Shown here piece after piece: positions 17,670-27,284 of a stretch of 64,000 nt of DNA. The position numbers and the translations under genes are program-made. Position 1 is the first letter of the stretch, and the number at the start of each line of letters is the position of its first letter. The notes beneath the pieces are model-generated. The model ran no database searches. It worked only from the letters and a program-made list of their open reading frames with translations, and had not been told where the DNA came from. Source of the DNA: Actinoallomurus sp. (GTDB taxonomy: Bacteria > Actinomycetota > Actinomycetes > Streptosporangiales > Streptosporangiaceae); assembly GCA_025964685.1 (NCBI GenBank), contig JAOPYG010000037.1, positions 12,742-76,741 of the forward strand, written 5' to 3'.

Positions 17670-19613
17670 ATGTCGTCACGTCTCAGGTCGCGATGGGCAG
17701 GCGTGGTGCGGACGCCGGTGGGGATGAGCGCGACGGCTCTGCTGGCCGCGGTCCTGCTGCTGGCGGTGCTGGCGCCGGTGCTGTGGTCGGCGAAGGCGAA
17801 CGCCGTGCACACCGACCAGATCATGCAAGGCAGCTCGGCGGCGCACTGGATGGGGACGGACAACCTGGGGCGGGACCTCTTCTACCGGGTGCTGGTCGCG
17901 ACGCGGCTCTCGGTGGAGCTGGCCCTGCTGGCGACCGTGATCGGCGTCGTGGCAGGTCTGCTCCTGGGCACGGCGTCGGTGTCACTGGGAGCACGCGCCG
18001 GCCGGTTCGTGACCGCGGTGGTGAACATCGCGGTGGCGTTCCCGGGACTGCTGCTGGCGCTGTTCTTCGCGGTGATCTTCGGGACCGGGACGAAGGGGGC
18101 GGTGCTGGCGATCGGCCTGGCGATCGCGCCGGGCTTCGCCCGCCTCACGCACACGCTGGTGGCCACGATCGCCGGCCGCGACTTCGTCGCCGCGGCCCGG
18201 ATCGCGGGCGTGAGCCGGATCCGGCTGCTCGTCCGGCACGTGCTGCCCAACGTCGGTGAGCCTCTGGTCGTCAACGCGACGATCGCGGCCGGCGGCGCCC
18301 TGCTGGCCTTCTCTGGCCTGTCCTTCCTCGGAATCGGGGTCCGCGCCCCGGACTACGACTGGGGCCGGCTGCTCGGCGACGGGCTGAACGGCATCTACGT
18401 CCATCCGGCCGGGGCGCTCGCTCCCGGTGTCGCCGTGGTGGTGGCCGGCCTGGCGTTCAACCTGTTCGGAGAGGCGATCGCCAAGGGCATCGGGCTGCGT
18501 ACGCCTTTGGCCGGCGAGCGCCGCCCGTCGTCGGCGCCCGCGTACGAGACGCCGGCGCGACCGGCGCCCGCGGGCGAGGACCCGGTGCTGGTGGTTGAGG
18601 GCCTGCGGGTGGACTTCCCCGGCGCGGGCGGTCCCGTCACCCCGGTCCGCGACGTCGCGTTCGCGCTGCGGCGGGGAGAGGCGGCCGGCATCGTGGGGGA
18701 GTCCGGGGCCGGAAAGAGCCTCACCGCCCTGGCGATCGCCCAGCTCATCGAGGAGCCCGGTCAGGTCCACGCCGACCGGCTGGAGTTCCTCGGCGAGAAC
18801 CTGCTGGACACCTCCGCCCGGACGAAGCGGCACCTGCTCGGCACCTCTCTCGCCATGGTGTTCCAGGACCCCATGACGTCGTTCAATCCGATCAAGCGCA
18901 TCGGCCGCCAGCTCGCCGAGGTGGCCGAGCAGCACCAGGGCATGAACCGCCGGCAGGCCCTGGCGCGCGCGGTCGACCGGCTGCGTGCCGTCCGTGTCCC
19001 GGCGCCGGAGCGGCGCGCCCGCCAGTTTCCCCACGAGTTCTCCGGCGGCATGCGCCAGCGGGCGATGATCAGCATGGGACTCATGGGCACTCCGGCCCTC
19101 ATCGTGGCCGACGAACCGACCACGGCGCTGGACGTGACCGTGCAGCGGCAGGTACTGAGCCTCCTGCGGTCCATCCGGGCCGCCGATGACGTCGCGCTGC
19201 TGCTCATCAGCCACGACATCACGGTCGTCGGGCAGGTGTGCGACCGGGTCCTGGTGATGTACGCCGGACGGGTCGTCGAGGATCTGCCCACCGCGGAGCT
19301 GCTCACCCACGCCCGCCATCCGTACACCCGCGCCCTCCTCGCCGCGGTGCCGGACATGACCACCGATCGCGACCGGCCCCTCGCCGTCATCCCCGGCCGC
19401 CCCATCGACCCCGCGAACGTGCCGGCGGGCTGTGCGTTCGCACCGCGCTGCGCCTTCGCCGACGAGAGGTGCACCCGGTCGGACCCCGCGCTGGTGCCCG
19501 ATGACGAGGGCCGGCGGGTCGCGTGCTGGAACGCGGACCTGACCGCAGGGCAGCCGGTCGCCGCCGCGCAGCGAGGCCGTACGACGAGCCAGGGGACGGC
19601 CGGCGATGAGTGA
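17670..19613 (+). CDS. Fused peptide ABC permease / ATP-binding protein (DppC-DppD)
   Basis: GTDNLGRD permease motif; Walker A GESGAGKS, FSGGMRQR, ADEPTTALD, HPYT, C-terminal Cys cluster. Confidence 0.92.
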   Translation: MSSRLRSRWAGVVRTPVGMSATALLAAVLLLAVLAPVLWSAKANAVHTDQIMQGSSAAHWMGTDNLGRDLFYRVLVATRLSVELALLATVIGVVAGLLLGTASVSLGARAGRFVTAVVNIAVAFPGLLLALFFAVIFGTGTKGAVLAIGLAIAPGFARLTHTLVATIAGRDFVAAARIAGVSRIRLLVRHVLPNVGEPLVVNATIAAGGALLAFSGLSFLGIGVRAPDYDWGRLLGDGLNGIYVHPAGALAPGVAVVVAGLAFNLFGEAIAKGIGLRTPLAGERRPSSAPAYETPARPAPAGEDPVLVVEGLRVDFPGAGGPVTPVRDVAFALRRGEAAGIVGESGAGKSLTALAIAQLIEEPGQVHADRLEFLGENLLDTSARTKRHLLGTSLAMVFQDPMTSFNPIKRIGRQLAEVAEQHQGMNRRQALARAVDRLRAVRVPAPERRARQFPHEFSGGMRQRAMISMGLMGTPALIVADEPTTALDVTVQRQVLSLLRSIRAADDVALLLISHDITVVGQVCDRVLVMYAGRVVEDLPTAELLTHARHPYTRALLAAVPDMTTDRDRPLAVIPGRPIDPANVPAGCAFAPRCAFADERCTRSDPALVPDDEGRRVACWNADLTAGQPVAAAQRGRTTSQGTAGDE

Positions 19614-20622
19614 GCTGAGATTCGAGGACCTCACCGTGCGGTTCGGCGGACGCAGGCGCGGCGTGACCGCCGTCGACGGCGTGGACCTCACCGTGCCGTC
19701 CGGCAAGGTCGTCGGTCTCGTCGGCGAGTCGGGGTCGGGCAAGTCCACACTCGCGCGCGCGGCGGTCGGGCTGACACCGGTCACCGGCGGGCGCGTCCTG
19801 CTCGACGGCCGGCCGACGGGCCGTACGTCACGTGCCGCGGCGCGGCGCCCGCTGCAGATGGTCTTCCAGGACCCGTACTCCTCGCTGGACCCGCGCATGG
19901 CGGTCGGAGCGTCGATCGCCGAGGCCATCCCGCGCGGCGGGGCGCCCCGCCGGGCCGAGGTCGCGCGCCTCCTCGAGCTGGTCGGCCTGGCCGCCGACCG
20001 GGCCGGCACGTACCCCGGTGAACTCTCCGGCGGCCAGCGGCAACGTGTCGCGCTGGCCCGGGCGCTCGCCGGCCGGCCGGACGTGCTGATCGCCGACGAG
20101 ATCACCTCCGCGCTCGACGTGTCCGTCCAGGGCACCGTGCTGAACCTCGTACGGGACCTCCAGCGGCGGATGCGGCTGTCCATGTTGTTCATCTCGCACG
20201 ACCTCGCGGTCGTGCGCTACGTCAGCGACATCATCGCGGTGATGTACCTGGGCAGGATCGTCGAGTGCGGCCCGGCCGACGACGTCCTGCTCGACCCGCA
20301 GCACCCCTACACGCGGGAGCTGCTCGCCGCCGCGTCGGCGGACCTGCCCGAGCCGGGCTCCGCCCTGCGCGCCGTGGCCGACGCCGAGCCCGCAGACCCG
20401 CACCATCCACCCGGCGGTTGCCGATTCCATCCCCGCTGCCCCGTCGGCCCCCTCGTCCGCGACGAACGCGCGGCCTGCCGGGAGCGCGAACCGGTCGCCG
20501 AAGGCCATCGGCACCGGGCTGCCTGCCACTTCGCGGACGCCGTCGCCGGATCCGGCACTCCTGATCCGGACGACGTGCCGGCGGGGCCGGCACGCACGAC
20601 TCCGTCCGGGCCGGGCGGATGA
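19606..20622 (+). CDS. Peptide ABC ATP-binding protein (DppF-like)
   Basis: GESGSGKST, LSGGQRQR, PQHPYT, GCRFHPRCP. Confidence 0.93.
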   Translation: MSELRFEDLTVRFGGRRRGVTAVDGVDLTVPSGKVVGLVGESGSGKSTLARAAVGLTPVTGGRVLLDGRPTGRTSRAAARRPLQMVFQDPYSSLDPRMAVGASIAEAIPRGGAPRRAEVARLLELVGLAADRAGTYPGELSGGQRQRVALARALAGRPDVLIADEITSALDVSVQGTVLNLVRDLQRRMRLSMLFISHDLAVVRYVSDIIAVMYLGRIVECGPADDVLLDPQHPYTRELLAAASADLPEPGSALRAVADAEPADPHHPPGGCRFHPRCPVGPLVRDERAACREREPVAEGHRHRAACHFADAVAGSGTPDPDDVPAGPARTTPSGPGG

Positions 20623-20677
20623 GACACCACCCCGGCCCGCACATCTCAGCCCCCGCAATCCGACCGAGGAGACGCCG

Positions 20678-23600
20678 GTGACACGCCACCAGGGCATCGA
20701 CCATCTGACCGCGATCGCCGTTCCCGAGCAACCGGCGCTGTCCCCGGACGGTGACCAGATTCTCTACGTGCTCCGGGGCAGCGACGCCGACTCCGACCGC
20801 AACGTGCGTTCGCTCTGGCGCGTCGGCGCCCGGAGCGGGCCGCCGCGGCGGCTCACTCACGGCCAGGCCGACTCGTCACCGGCATGGTCACCGGACGGGA
20901 CGGGCGTCGCGTTCCTGCGCGCTCAGGAGGGCCCGCCCCAGATCTGGCTGCTCCCCGTCGACGGCGGCGAGGCGGAGCAGCTGACCACGTTGCCGCTCGG
21001 AGCCGGCGCGCCGGTGTGGAGCCCCGACGGCTCCGCGATCGCCTTCGCGGCCGCCGTGGACCTCGCCGCCGACGGCGTGCGGGCGGGCGCGCCGATCGTC
21101 GCCGAGCGGCTCGGCTATCAGGCCGACGGCGCGGGTCTGCTGGGCACCGTGCGCAGGCACCTTCACGTACTCGACCTGGCCACGGGGTGGTGCCGGCAGG
21201 TCACCCACGGCGACTGGCACGCGGGCGATCCGGCCTGGTCACCGGACTCGGCGAAGCTCGCGTTCGCCGCGGCGACGGCACCCGACGCGGACCTGAAGGC
21301 ACGCGTACCGGCGTACGTGCTCGACGTGACCGACGAGGGGGCCAGGCCGGAGCCGGCCGGCCTGCCCGAAGGATTCTCTGGTCCCCTCATGTGGGCCCCG
21401 GACGGGTCGGCGCTCATCGCCGTCGGCATGCCCGGCGATCCGGTGGGGCACGCGGGCCTGCTGCGCGTCCCGCTGGACGGTGGCGAGCCGGTCGATCTGG
21501 CCGCCTCGCTGGACCGCAACGTGATGGCGGGGGCGCCGGGCTACCCCGGCGCGCTGCCGCAGCTGTGCGACGACGGCCGCACCCTGCTGTTCTGCGTCCG
21601 TGACCGGGGCTGCACCCACCTGTACTCCGTGCCCGTCGACGGCGGCACGCCCCGTCCTCTCGTCACGGGCGCCGGGCGGAACGTCGTCGGCCTGTCGGTC
21701 GCGGGCGGCACGGCCGTCGTCGTGCTGGGCACGCCGACCTCCTTCGGCGAGATCGTCACCGTCGACCTCACGACGCGCACCGAGACCGTCCGCACCGAAC
21801 ACGGAGCCGCCCTCGCCGACGCCGAGGCGTTCCGGCGCGAGGAGCGGGAGTTCACCGTCTCCGACGGCACGGTCGTCCACGGCTGGCTCATCCGCGATCC
21901 CGCCGTCCAGGGACCGGGACCGCTGCTGCTCGACATCCACGGCGGACCGCACAACACGTGGAACGGCGGCGCCGACGAGGTGCACCTCTACCACCAGGAG
22001 CTCGCCGCCCGCGGCTGGACGATCCTGCTGCTCAACCCCCGCGGCAGCGACGGGTACGGCGAGGAGTTCTGGAACGCCGCGCTCGGCGCGTGGGGCGAGA
22101 TCGACGCGAAGGATTTCCTCGAACCGATCGACGATCTCGTCGCGGAGGGGATCGCCGACCCCGGCAGGCTGGCCGTCGCCGGCTACAGCTACGGCGGCTA
22201 CATGACCTGCTACCTGACCAGCCGGGACGACCGGTTCGCGGCGGCGGTCGCCGGCGGTGTTGTCAGCGACCTCACCAGCATGGCCGGTGCGGCCGACGAC
22301 GGGCACTTCCTGAGCGAGTACGAACTCGGCGGCCCACCGTGGGCCGACCGCGACCGCTACGCCGCGATGTCACCGCTGACCCACGTCGAGCGCGTACGGA
22401 CGCCGACGCTGATCCTGCACGGCGCCGCCGACCTGCGCTGTCCGATCGGCCAGGCCCAGCAGTGGCACACCGCGCTGCGCGAGCGTGGCGTACCGACCCG
22501 GCTCGTGCTCTACCCGGACGCCACGCACCTGTTCATCCTCGACGGGGCGCCGTCGCACCGGATCGACTTCAACCGGCGGATCGTCGACTGGGTGGAGCGG
22601 TACGCCGACGGTGGCGCCGGGCCGAAGCGCCCCCGCGTCGACGCCGGGCACTGGCAGCGCCGGCTGGCCGCACTGGCCGAGCGGCACCGCGTACCCGGAG
22701 CCACGCTGGGCATCCTGCGCCTGCGTCCAGGGCGGGACGACGAGCTGGTCGAGGCGGCGTACGGCGTCCTGAACAAGGACACCGGCGTGGACACGACGAC
22801 CGACTCCCTGTTCCAGATCGGTTCCATCTCCAAGGTCTGGACGGCGACGGTCGCCCTGCAGCTCGTCGACGAGGGGCTGCTCGATCTCGACGCCCCGATC
22901 GCCGAGGTACTCCTCGAGCTGCGCCTGTCCGACCCGGACGTCGCCAAGCGCGTGACGATGCGGCACCTGCTCACCCACACGAGCGGCATCGACGGCGACG
23001 TCTTCACCGACACCGGCCGGGGGGACGACTGCGTCGAGAAGTACGTGACGCTGCTGGCCGACGTGGCGCAGAACCATCCGCTGGACGCCACCTGGTCGTA
23101 CTGCAACGCCGGGTTCTCACTGGTCGGCCGGGTGATCGAGAAGCTGACCGGTGGCACGTGGGACGACGCCCTCCGAAAGCGGATCTTCACCCCGCTCGGC
23201 CTGGGGCACACCGTCACGCTGCCCGAGGACGCGCTGCTGTACCGCACCGCCGTCGGGCACGTGAGCGTGGACGGGGCTGAGCCGTCACGTGCGCCGATCT
23301 GGGGACTGCCACGCGCGCTCGGGCCCGCCGGCCTGATCAGCTCGACCGCCGCCGACGTGCTCGCCTTCGCGCGCATGCACCTGGCCGGGGGACTGACGGC
23401 CGACGGCACCCGGGTGCTCACCGAGGCCGGCGCCACCGCGATGACGGACTTCCAGGTCGAGCTGCCGGACAAGTACGTGCTCGGCGACTCCTGGGGCCTC
23501 GGCTGGTTCCGGCTCGGCTGGGACGGCCGGCGGCTCTTCGGACACGACGGCACGACGATCGGCCAGAACGCCTACCTGCGTCTGCTGCCCGACGAGGGGC

Positions 23601-24013
23601 TGGCGGTCACGCTGCTCACCAACGGCGGCAACACCAACGGGCTGTACGAGGACCTGTACCGCGAGATCTTCGCCGAGCTCGCCGACGTCGCGCTGCCACA
23701 CCGGCTCGGCCCACCGGCCACGCCGGTGTCCGTCGACGTGGGGCCCCACGTGGGGACGTACGAGCGGGCGAGTGTGCGGCTGGAGGTGCGCGAGGGCGAC
23801 GACGGCCCGGTCCTGCGGACGACGCTCACCGGACCGCTGGCCGAGCTGACGCCCGAGCCGACGGAGGAGTACGCGATGGTGCCGGTCAAGGAGAACCTGT
23901 TCGTCGTGCACGAGCCACAGGCGCAGGCCTGGGTTCCGGTGACGTTCTACGCCTTGCCGACGGGCGAGCGGTATCTGCACTTCGGTGCGCGGGCCACCCC
24001 GAAGGTGGACTGA
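20678..24013 (+). CDS. Fused S9 (acylaminoacyl/dipeptidyl) peptidase plus beta-lactamase-fold serine hydrolase
   Basis: WSPD propeller repeats, IHGGPH, GYSYGG, DLRCP, H; then SISK (SxxK), YCN, HDG. Confidence 0.9.
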   Translation: MTRHQGIDHLTAIAVPEQPALSPDGDQILYVLRGSDADSDRNVRSLWRVGARSGPPRRLTHGQADSSPAWSPDGTGVAFLRAQEGPPQIWLLPVDGGEAEQLTTLPLGAGAPVWSPDGSAIAFAAAVDLAADGVRAGAPIVAERLGYQADGAGLLGTVRRHLHVLDLATGWCRQVTHGDWHAGDPAWSPDSAKLAFAAATAPDADLKARVPAYVLDVTDEGARPEPAGLPEGFSGPLMWAPDGSALIAVGMPGDPVGHAGLLRVPLDGGEPVDLAASLDRNVMAGAPGYPGALPQLCDDGRTLLFCVRDRGCTHLYSVPVDGGTPRPLVTGAGRNVVGLSVAGGTAVVVLGTPTSFGEIVTVDLTTRTETVRTEHGAALADAEAFRREEREFTVSDGTVVHGWLIRDPAVQGPGPLLLDIHGGPHNTWNGGADEVHLYHQELAARGWTILLLNPRGSDGYGEEFWNAALGAWGEIDAKDFLEPIDDLVAEGIADPGRLAVAGYSYGGYMTCYLTSRDDRFAAAVAGGVVSDLTSMAGAADDGHFLSEYELGGPPWADRDRYAAMSPLTHVERVRTPTLILHGAADLRCPIGQAQQWHTALRERGVPTRLVLYPDATHLFILDGAPSHRIDFNRRIVDWVERYADGGAGPKRPRVDAGHWQRRLAALAERHRVPGATLGILRLRPGRDDELVEAAYGVLNKDTGVDTTTDSLFQIGSISKVWTATVALQLVDEGLLDLDAPIAEVLLELRLSDPDVAKRVTMRHLLTHTSGIDGDVFTDTGRGDDCVEKYVTLLADVAQNHPLDATWSYCNAGFSLVGRVIEKLTGGTWDDALRKRIFTPLGLGHTVTLPEDALLYRTAVGHVSVDGAEPSRAPIWGLPRALGPAGLISSTAADVLAFARMHLAGGLTADGTRVLTEAGATAMTDFQVELPDKYVLGDSWGLGWFRLGWDGRRLFGHDGTTIGQNAYLRLLPDEGLAVTLLTNGGNTNGLYEDLYREIFAELADVALPHRLGPPATPVSVDVGPHVGTYERASVRLEVREGDDGPVLRTTLTGPLAELTPEPTEEYAMVPVKENLFVVHEPQAQAWVPVTFYALPTGERYLHFGARATPKVD

Positions 24014-24014
24014 G

Positions 24015-25172
24015 GTGGACACCACGACTCTGCGCGCCCGCATGGCCGCCGCGCTGCCGGAGATGCTCGCCGATCTCGAGGCACTGGTCACATGCGAGTC
24101 GCCGTCGAGTGACCTGTCCGCCCTCGCGATGAGCGCCGACGCCGTCGCGCGGGTCGGCGCGCGGCGGCTCGGAGCGGCCCCCGAAAGGATCGTCCTGGAC
24201 GGCCGTACGCACCTGCGCTGGCGCCTGGGCGACGGGCCGTCCCGCGTGCTGCTGCTCGGCCACCACGACACGGTGTGGCCACTCGGCACGCTGGCGGCCC
24301 ATCCGTTCACGGTCGACGGCGGTGTGCTGCGCGGCCCCGGCTGCTTCGACATGAAGGCCGGCCTGGTGCTGGCGATGCACGCCGCTGCCGCGCTCCCGGA
24401 CCCGTCGGGCGTGACCCTCCTGGTCACCGGCGACGAGGAGATCGGCTCGCCCAGCTCGCGGGCGCTCATCGAGGCCGAGGCCGCCGGCCGTACCGCGGCA
24501 CTGGTGCTCGAGGCCTCCGCCGAGGGCGGCGCGCTCAAGACCGAGCGCAAGGGCGTCTCGCTGTACCGGGTGACCGTGGCGGGCCGGGCCGCGCACGCCG
24601 GCCTGGAGCCGGAACGCGGCGTCAACGCCACCGTCGAGCTGGCACACGAGGTGCTGACGGTGAGCGCGCTCGCCGACCGGGAACGCGGCACGACCGTCAC
24701 GCCGACCCTGATGTCGGCGGGCACCACGTCGAACACCGTGCCCGCCGCCGGAGAGCTGACGGTCGACGTACGCGTCCGCCACGCCGCCGAGCAGGACCAG
24801 GTGGACGCCGCCATGCGCGCGCTGTGCCCGGTTCTGCGCGGTGCGCGCCTGGAGGTCTCCGGCGGCCCGAACCGTCCGCCGCTGGAGGCGAAGGCGTCGG
24901 CACGGTTGTTCGCGCGCGTCACGGCGCACGCCGCCGCGCTCGGGCTGCCGCCACCGTCCCGCGCCGCGGTGGGCGGAGGTTCCGACGGCAACCTGACCGC
25001 CGGTGTCGGCACGCCCACGCTCGACGGGCTGGGCGCGGTGGGCGGTGGCGCCCACGCGGAAGACGAGCATGTGCTGGTCGCCGAGCTCCCGCCACGTGCC
25101 GCGCTGGTCGCGGCACTGGTCGCCGGGCTGCTCGAGTCCACCTTGGTCCCGTCCGCCGAGCGTCGATCATGA
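24015..25172 (+). CDS. M20 metallopeptidase (carboxypeptidase G2-like; probable desuccinylase)
   Basis: GHHDTVW, DMKAG, GDEE, AHAG, GGSDGN, GAHAEDE. Confidence 0.9.
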   Translation: MDTTTLRARMAAALPEMLADLEALVTCESPSSDLSALAMSADAVARVGARRLGAAPERIVLDGRTHLRWRLGDGPSRVLLLGHHDTVWPLGTLAAHPFTVDGGVLRGPGCFDMKAGLVLAMHAAAALPDPSGVTLLVTGDEEIGSPSSRALIEAEAAGRTAALVLEASAEGGALKTERKGVSLYRVTVAGRAAHAGLEPERGVNATVELAHEVLTVSALADRERGTTVTPTLMSAGTTSNTVPAAGELTVDVRVRHAAEQDQVDAAMRALCPVLRGARLEVSGGPNRPPLEAKASARLFARVTAHAAALGLPPPSRAAVGGGSDGNLTAGVGTPTLDGLGAVGGGAHAEDEHVLVAELPPRAALVAALVAGLLESTLVPSAERRS

Positions 25173-26095
25173 CCGCCCCGGACGAGGTCGCGAGCGTGGA
25201 GCGCGGGACCGATCTGCGCGGCCCCCTCAGCGGGACGCCGCCGAGCACCGAGACCGCGGTGGAGGCCGCCGACCTCGCCGCGCGCGCCGCGCGCGTCCGG
25301 ATCCAGGAGATCGCCGAGATCGCCGAACTCGACGCGGTCTACCGGCTGTACGACACGATCTGGCGGCCCGATCCGACGAACCCACCGGTGACGACCGAGC
25401 TGCTGCGCGCCCTCGCCAAGGCCGGGAACTACGTCACCGGGGCGTTCGAGGACACCCGGCTCGTGGGCGCCTGTGTCGGCTTCTTCCGCCCGCCGGGAGA
25501 TGAGGCGATGCACAGTCACATCGCGGGGGTGTCCGCGGCCGCCGCCGGCCGGAGCGTCGGCTTCGCCCTCAAGCTGCACCAGCGTGCCTGGGCGATGCTG
25601 CGGGGCGTCTCGGAGATCGCGTGGACGTTCGACCCGCTGGTGAGCCGCAACGCCTACTTCAACCTGGTCAAGCTCGCCGCCACGCCCGCGGAGTACCTGC
25701 CGAACTTCTACGGCGGCGTGCATGACGGCATCAACGGCGACGACGACACGGACCGGCTGCTCGTCCGCTGGACGCTCGGCACCCCCGAGGTGACGGCGGC
25801 CTGCGCCGGAACCCTCCGGTCGTGCGACGCGGACGCCGAGCGGGTCGGCGGAGCGGTGATCGCGCTCGGCCGTTCGACAGACGGACTGCCGGTGGCGGGC
25901 GAGCTGGCGGGCGAGACCCTGCTGGTCGCCGTGCCGCGTGACATAGAGTCACTGCGCGCGGCCGAGCCCGGGCGCGGCAGGGAGTGGCGCGGCGCGCTGC
26001 GTGAGGTACTGACGACCTTGCTGGCCGATGGCGCCCACATCGCCGGATTCGACAAATCCGGCTGGTACATCGTGAAGCGGGAGGACCGCGGATGA
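25169..26095 (+). CDS. GNAT acyltransferase (probable succinyl-CoA:D-amino acid N-succinyltransferase)
   Basis: HSHIAGV, GFALKLHQRAWA, WTFDPL..RNAYFNLVKL, YLPNFYG, TDRL; ATGA coupling on both sides. Confidence 0.85.
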   Translation: MTAPDEVASVERGTDLRGPLSGTPPSTETAVEAADLAARAARVRIQEIAEIAELDAVYRLYDTIWRPDPTNPPVTTELLRALAKAGNYVTGAFEDTRLVGACVGFFRPPGDEAMHSHIAGVSAAAAGRSVGFALKLHQRAWAMLRGVSEIAWTFDPLVSRNAYFNLVKLAATPAEYLPNFYGGVHDGINGDDDTDRLLVRWTLGTPEVTAACAGTLRSCDADAERVGGAVIALGRSTDGLPVAGELAGETLLVAVPRDIESLRAAEPGRGREWRGALREVLTTLLADGAHIAGFDKSGWYIVKREDRG

Positions 26096-27198
26096 AACTG
26101 TCCGGAGTGGAACTGCGCCGGATCCAGATGCCGCTCGTGGCGCCGTTCCGTACGTCGTTCGGCACCGAGACCTCGCGTGACGTGCTGCTGCTGCGCGTGG
26201 TCACCGGCGAGGCGGAGGGCTGGGGAGAGTGCGTGGCGTTGTCCGGGCCGCTGTACTCCTCCGAGTACGTCGACGCCGCGGCGGACGTGCTGAGCCGCTT
26301 TCTCATCCCGGCCCTCGCGGCGCACGGGCGCCTCGACGCGAACGCGGTGGCTCCCGCGCTCGCGCCGTTCAAGGGGCATCGGATGGCCAAGGCGGCGCTG
26401 GAGATGGCCGTGCTCGACGCCGAGCTGCGCGCCGAGGGCCGGTCGATGGCGCGTGAGCTCGGCGCCGTACGAGACCGTGTCCCGTGCGGGGTGTCGGTCG
26501 GCATCATGTCCTCGGTCGGCGAGCTGCTCGACGCCGTCGGCGGCTACGTCGATGCGGGATACGTCCGTGTGAAGCTGAAGATCCAGCCCGGCTGGGACGT
26601 CGAGCCGGTGCGCGCGGTGCGCGAGCGCTTCGGCGACGACGTGCTGCTGCAGGTCGACGCCAACACCGCGTACACGCGGGCCGACACGCGTCATCTCGCC
26701 CGGCTCGACCCGTTCGGCCTGCTGCTGATCGAGCAGCCGCTGGACGAGGAGGACGTTCTCGGGCACGCCGAGCTCGCCAAGGTCATCAGCACGCCCGTCT
26801 GCCTGGACGAGTCGATCACCTCGGCCCGTGCCGCCGCCGACGCGATCAGCCTGGGCGCGTGCGCGATCGTCAACGTCAAGCCGGGACGCGTCGGCGGGTA
26901 CCTGGAGGCGCGCCGCGTCCACGACGTCTGCGCGGCGCACGGCGTGCCGGTGTGGTGCGGCGGGATGCTGGAGACCGGGCTGGGCCGGGCGGCGAACGTC
27001 GCCCTCGCCGCGCTGCCCGGCTTCACGTTGCCCGGCGACACATCCGCCTCGGACCGTTACTACCGGACGGACATCACCGCGCCGTTCGTCCTGGAGGACG
27101 GTCACCTCCCGGTGCCGGCGGCGCCCGGTATCGGCGTCGAGCCCATCCCCGGCGAGCTGGAGGCCGTCACCACCAAGACGCAGTGGTTGTCCCTGTGA
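26092..27198 (+). CDS. menC: o-succinylbenzoate synthase / N-succinylamino acid racemase (NSAR/NAAAR, enolase superfamily)
   Basis: MKLSGVELRRIQMPLVAPFRTSFG, KLK, DAN, EQP, DES, NVKPGRVGG, GGMLE; closely resembles the Amycolatopsis NAAAR as recalled. Confidence 0.93.
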   Translation: MKLSGVELRRIQMPLVAPFRTSFGTETSRDVLLLRVVTGEAEGWGECVALSGPLYSSEYVDAAADVLSRFLIPALAAHGRLDANAVAPALAPFKGHRMAKAALEMAVLDAELRAEGRSMARELGAVRDRVPCGVSVGIMSSVGELLDAVGGYVDAGYVRVKLKIQPGWDVEPVRAVRERFGDDVLLQVDANTAYTRADTRHLARLDPFGLLLIEQPLDEEDVLGHAELAKVISTPVCLDESITSARAAADAISLGACAIVNVKPGRVGGYLEARRVHDVCAAHGVPVWCGGMLETGLGRAANVALAALPGFTLPGDTSASDRYYRTDITAPFVLEDGHLPVPAAPGIGVEPIPGELEAVTTKTQWLSL

Positions 27199-27237
27199 TC
27201 GGGCACCGTGCGTCCGTACGATGTGAGGGGCCGGACA

Positions 27238-27253
27238 TCGTCCGCGCCGACGA
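27238..27253. promoter_or_regulatory. Putative PucR operator copy 3
   Basis: TCGTCCGCGCCGACGA upstream of the PucR gene. Confidence 0.55.
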
Positions 27254-27284
27254 ACCACGTCGCCGGCTCGGCTCTTAGTTTCGG

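Noticed and set aside
22640-24013. Beta-lactam resistance gene (also the MBL-fold gene at 58899)
   Set aside because: Both are cytoplasmic with no signal peptide, and the fold is shared by many non-lactamase hydrolases; context indicates catabolism
23285-25723. Very long antisense or alternative-frame ORFs (e.g. 812 aa here, 736 aa at 17982, 715 aa at 51729)
   Set aside because: Arg/Pro/Ala-rich shadows of real genes, expected from stop-codon scarcity in high-GC DNA; no motifs
26092-27198. Menaquinone biosynthesis locus
   Set aside because: No menB/D/E/F neighbours; the GNAT plus M20 context fits the racemase role
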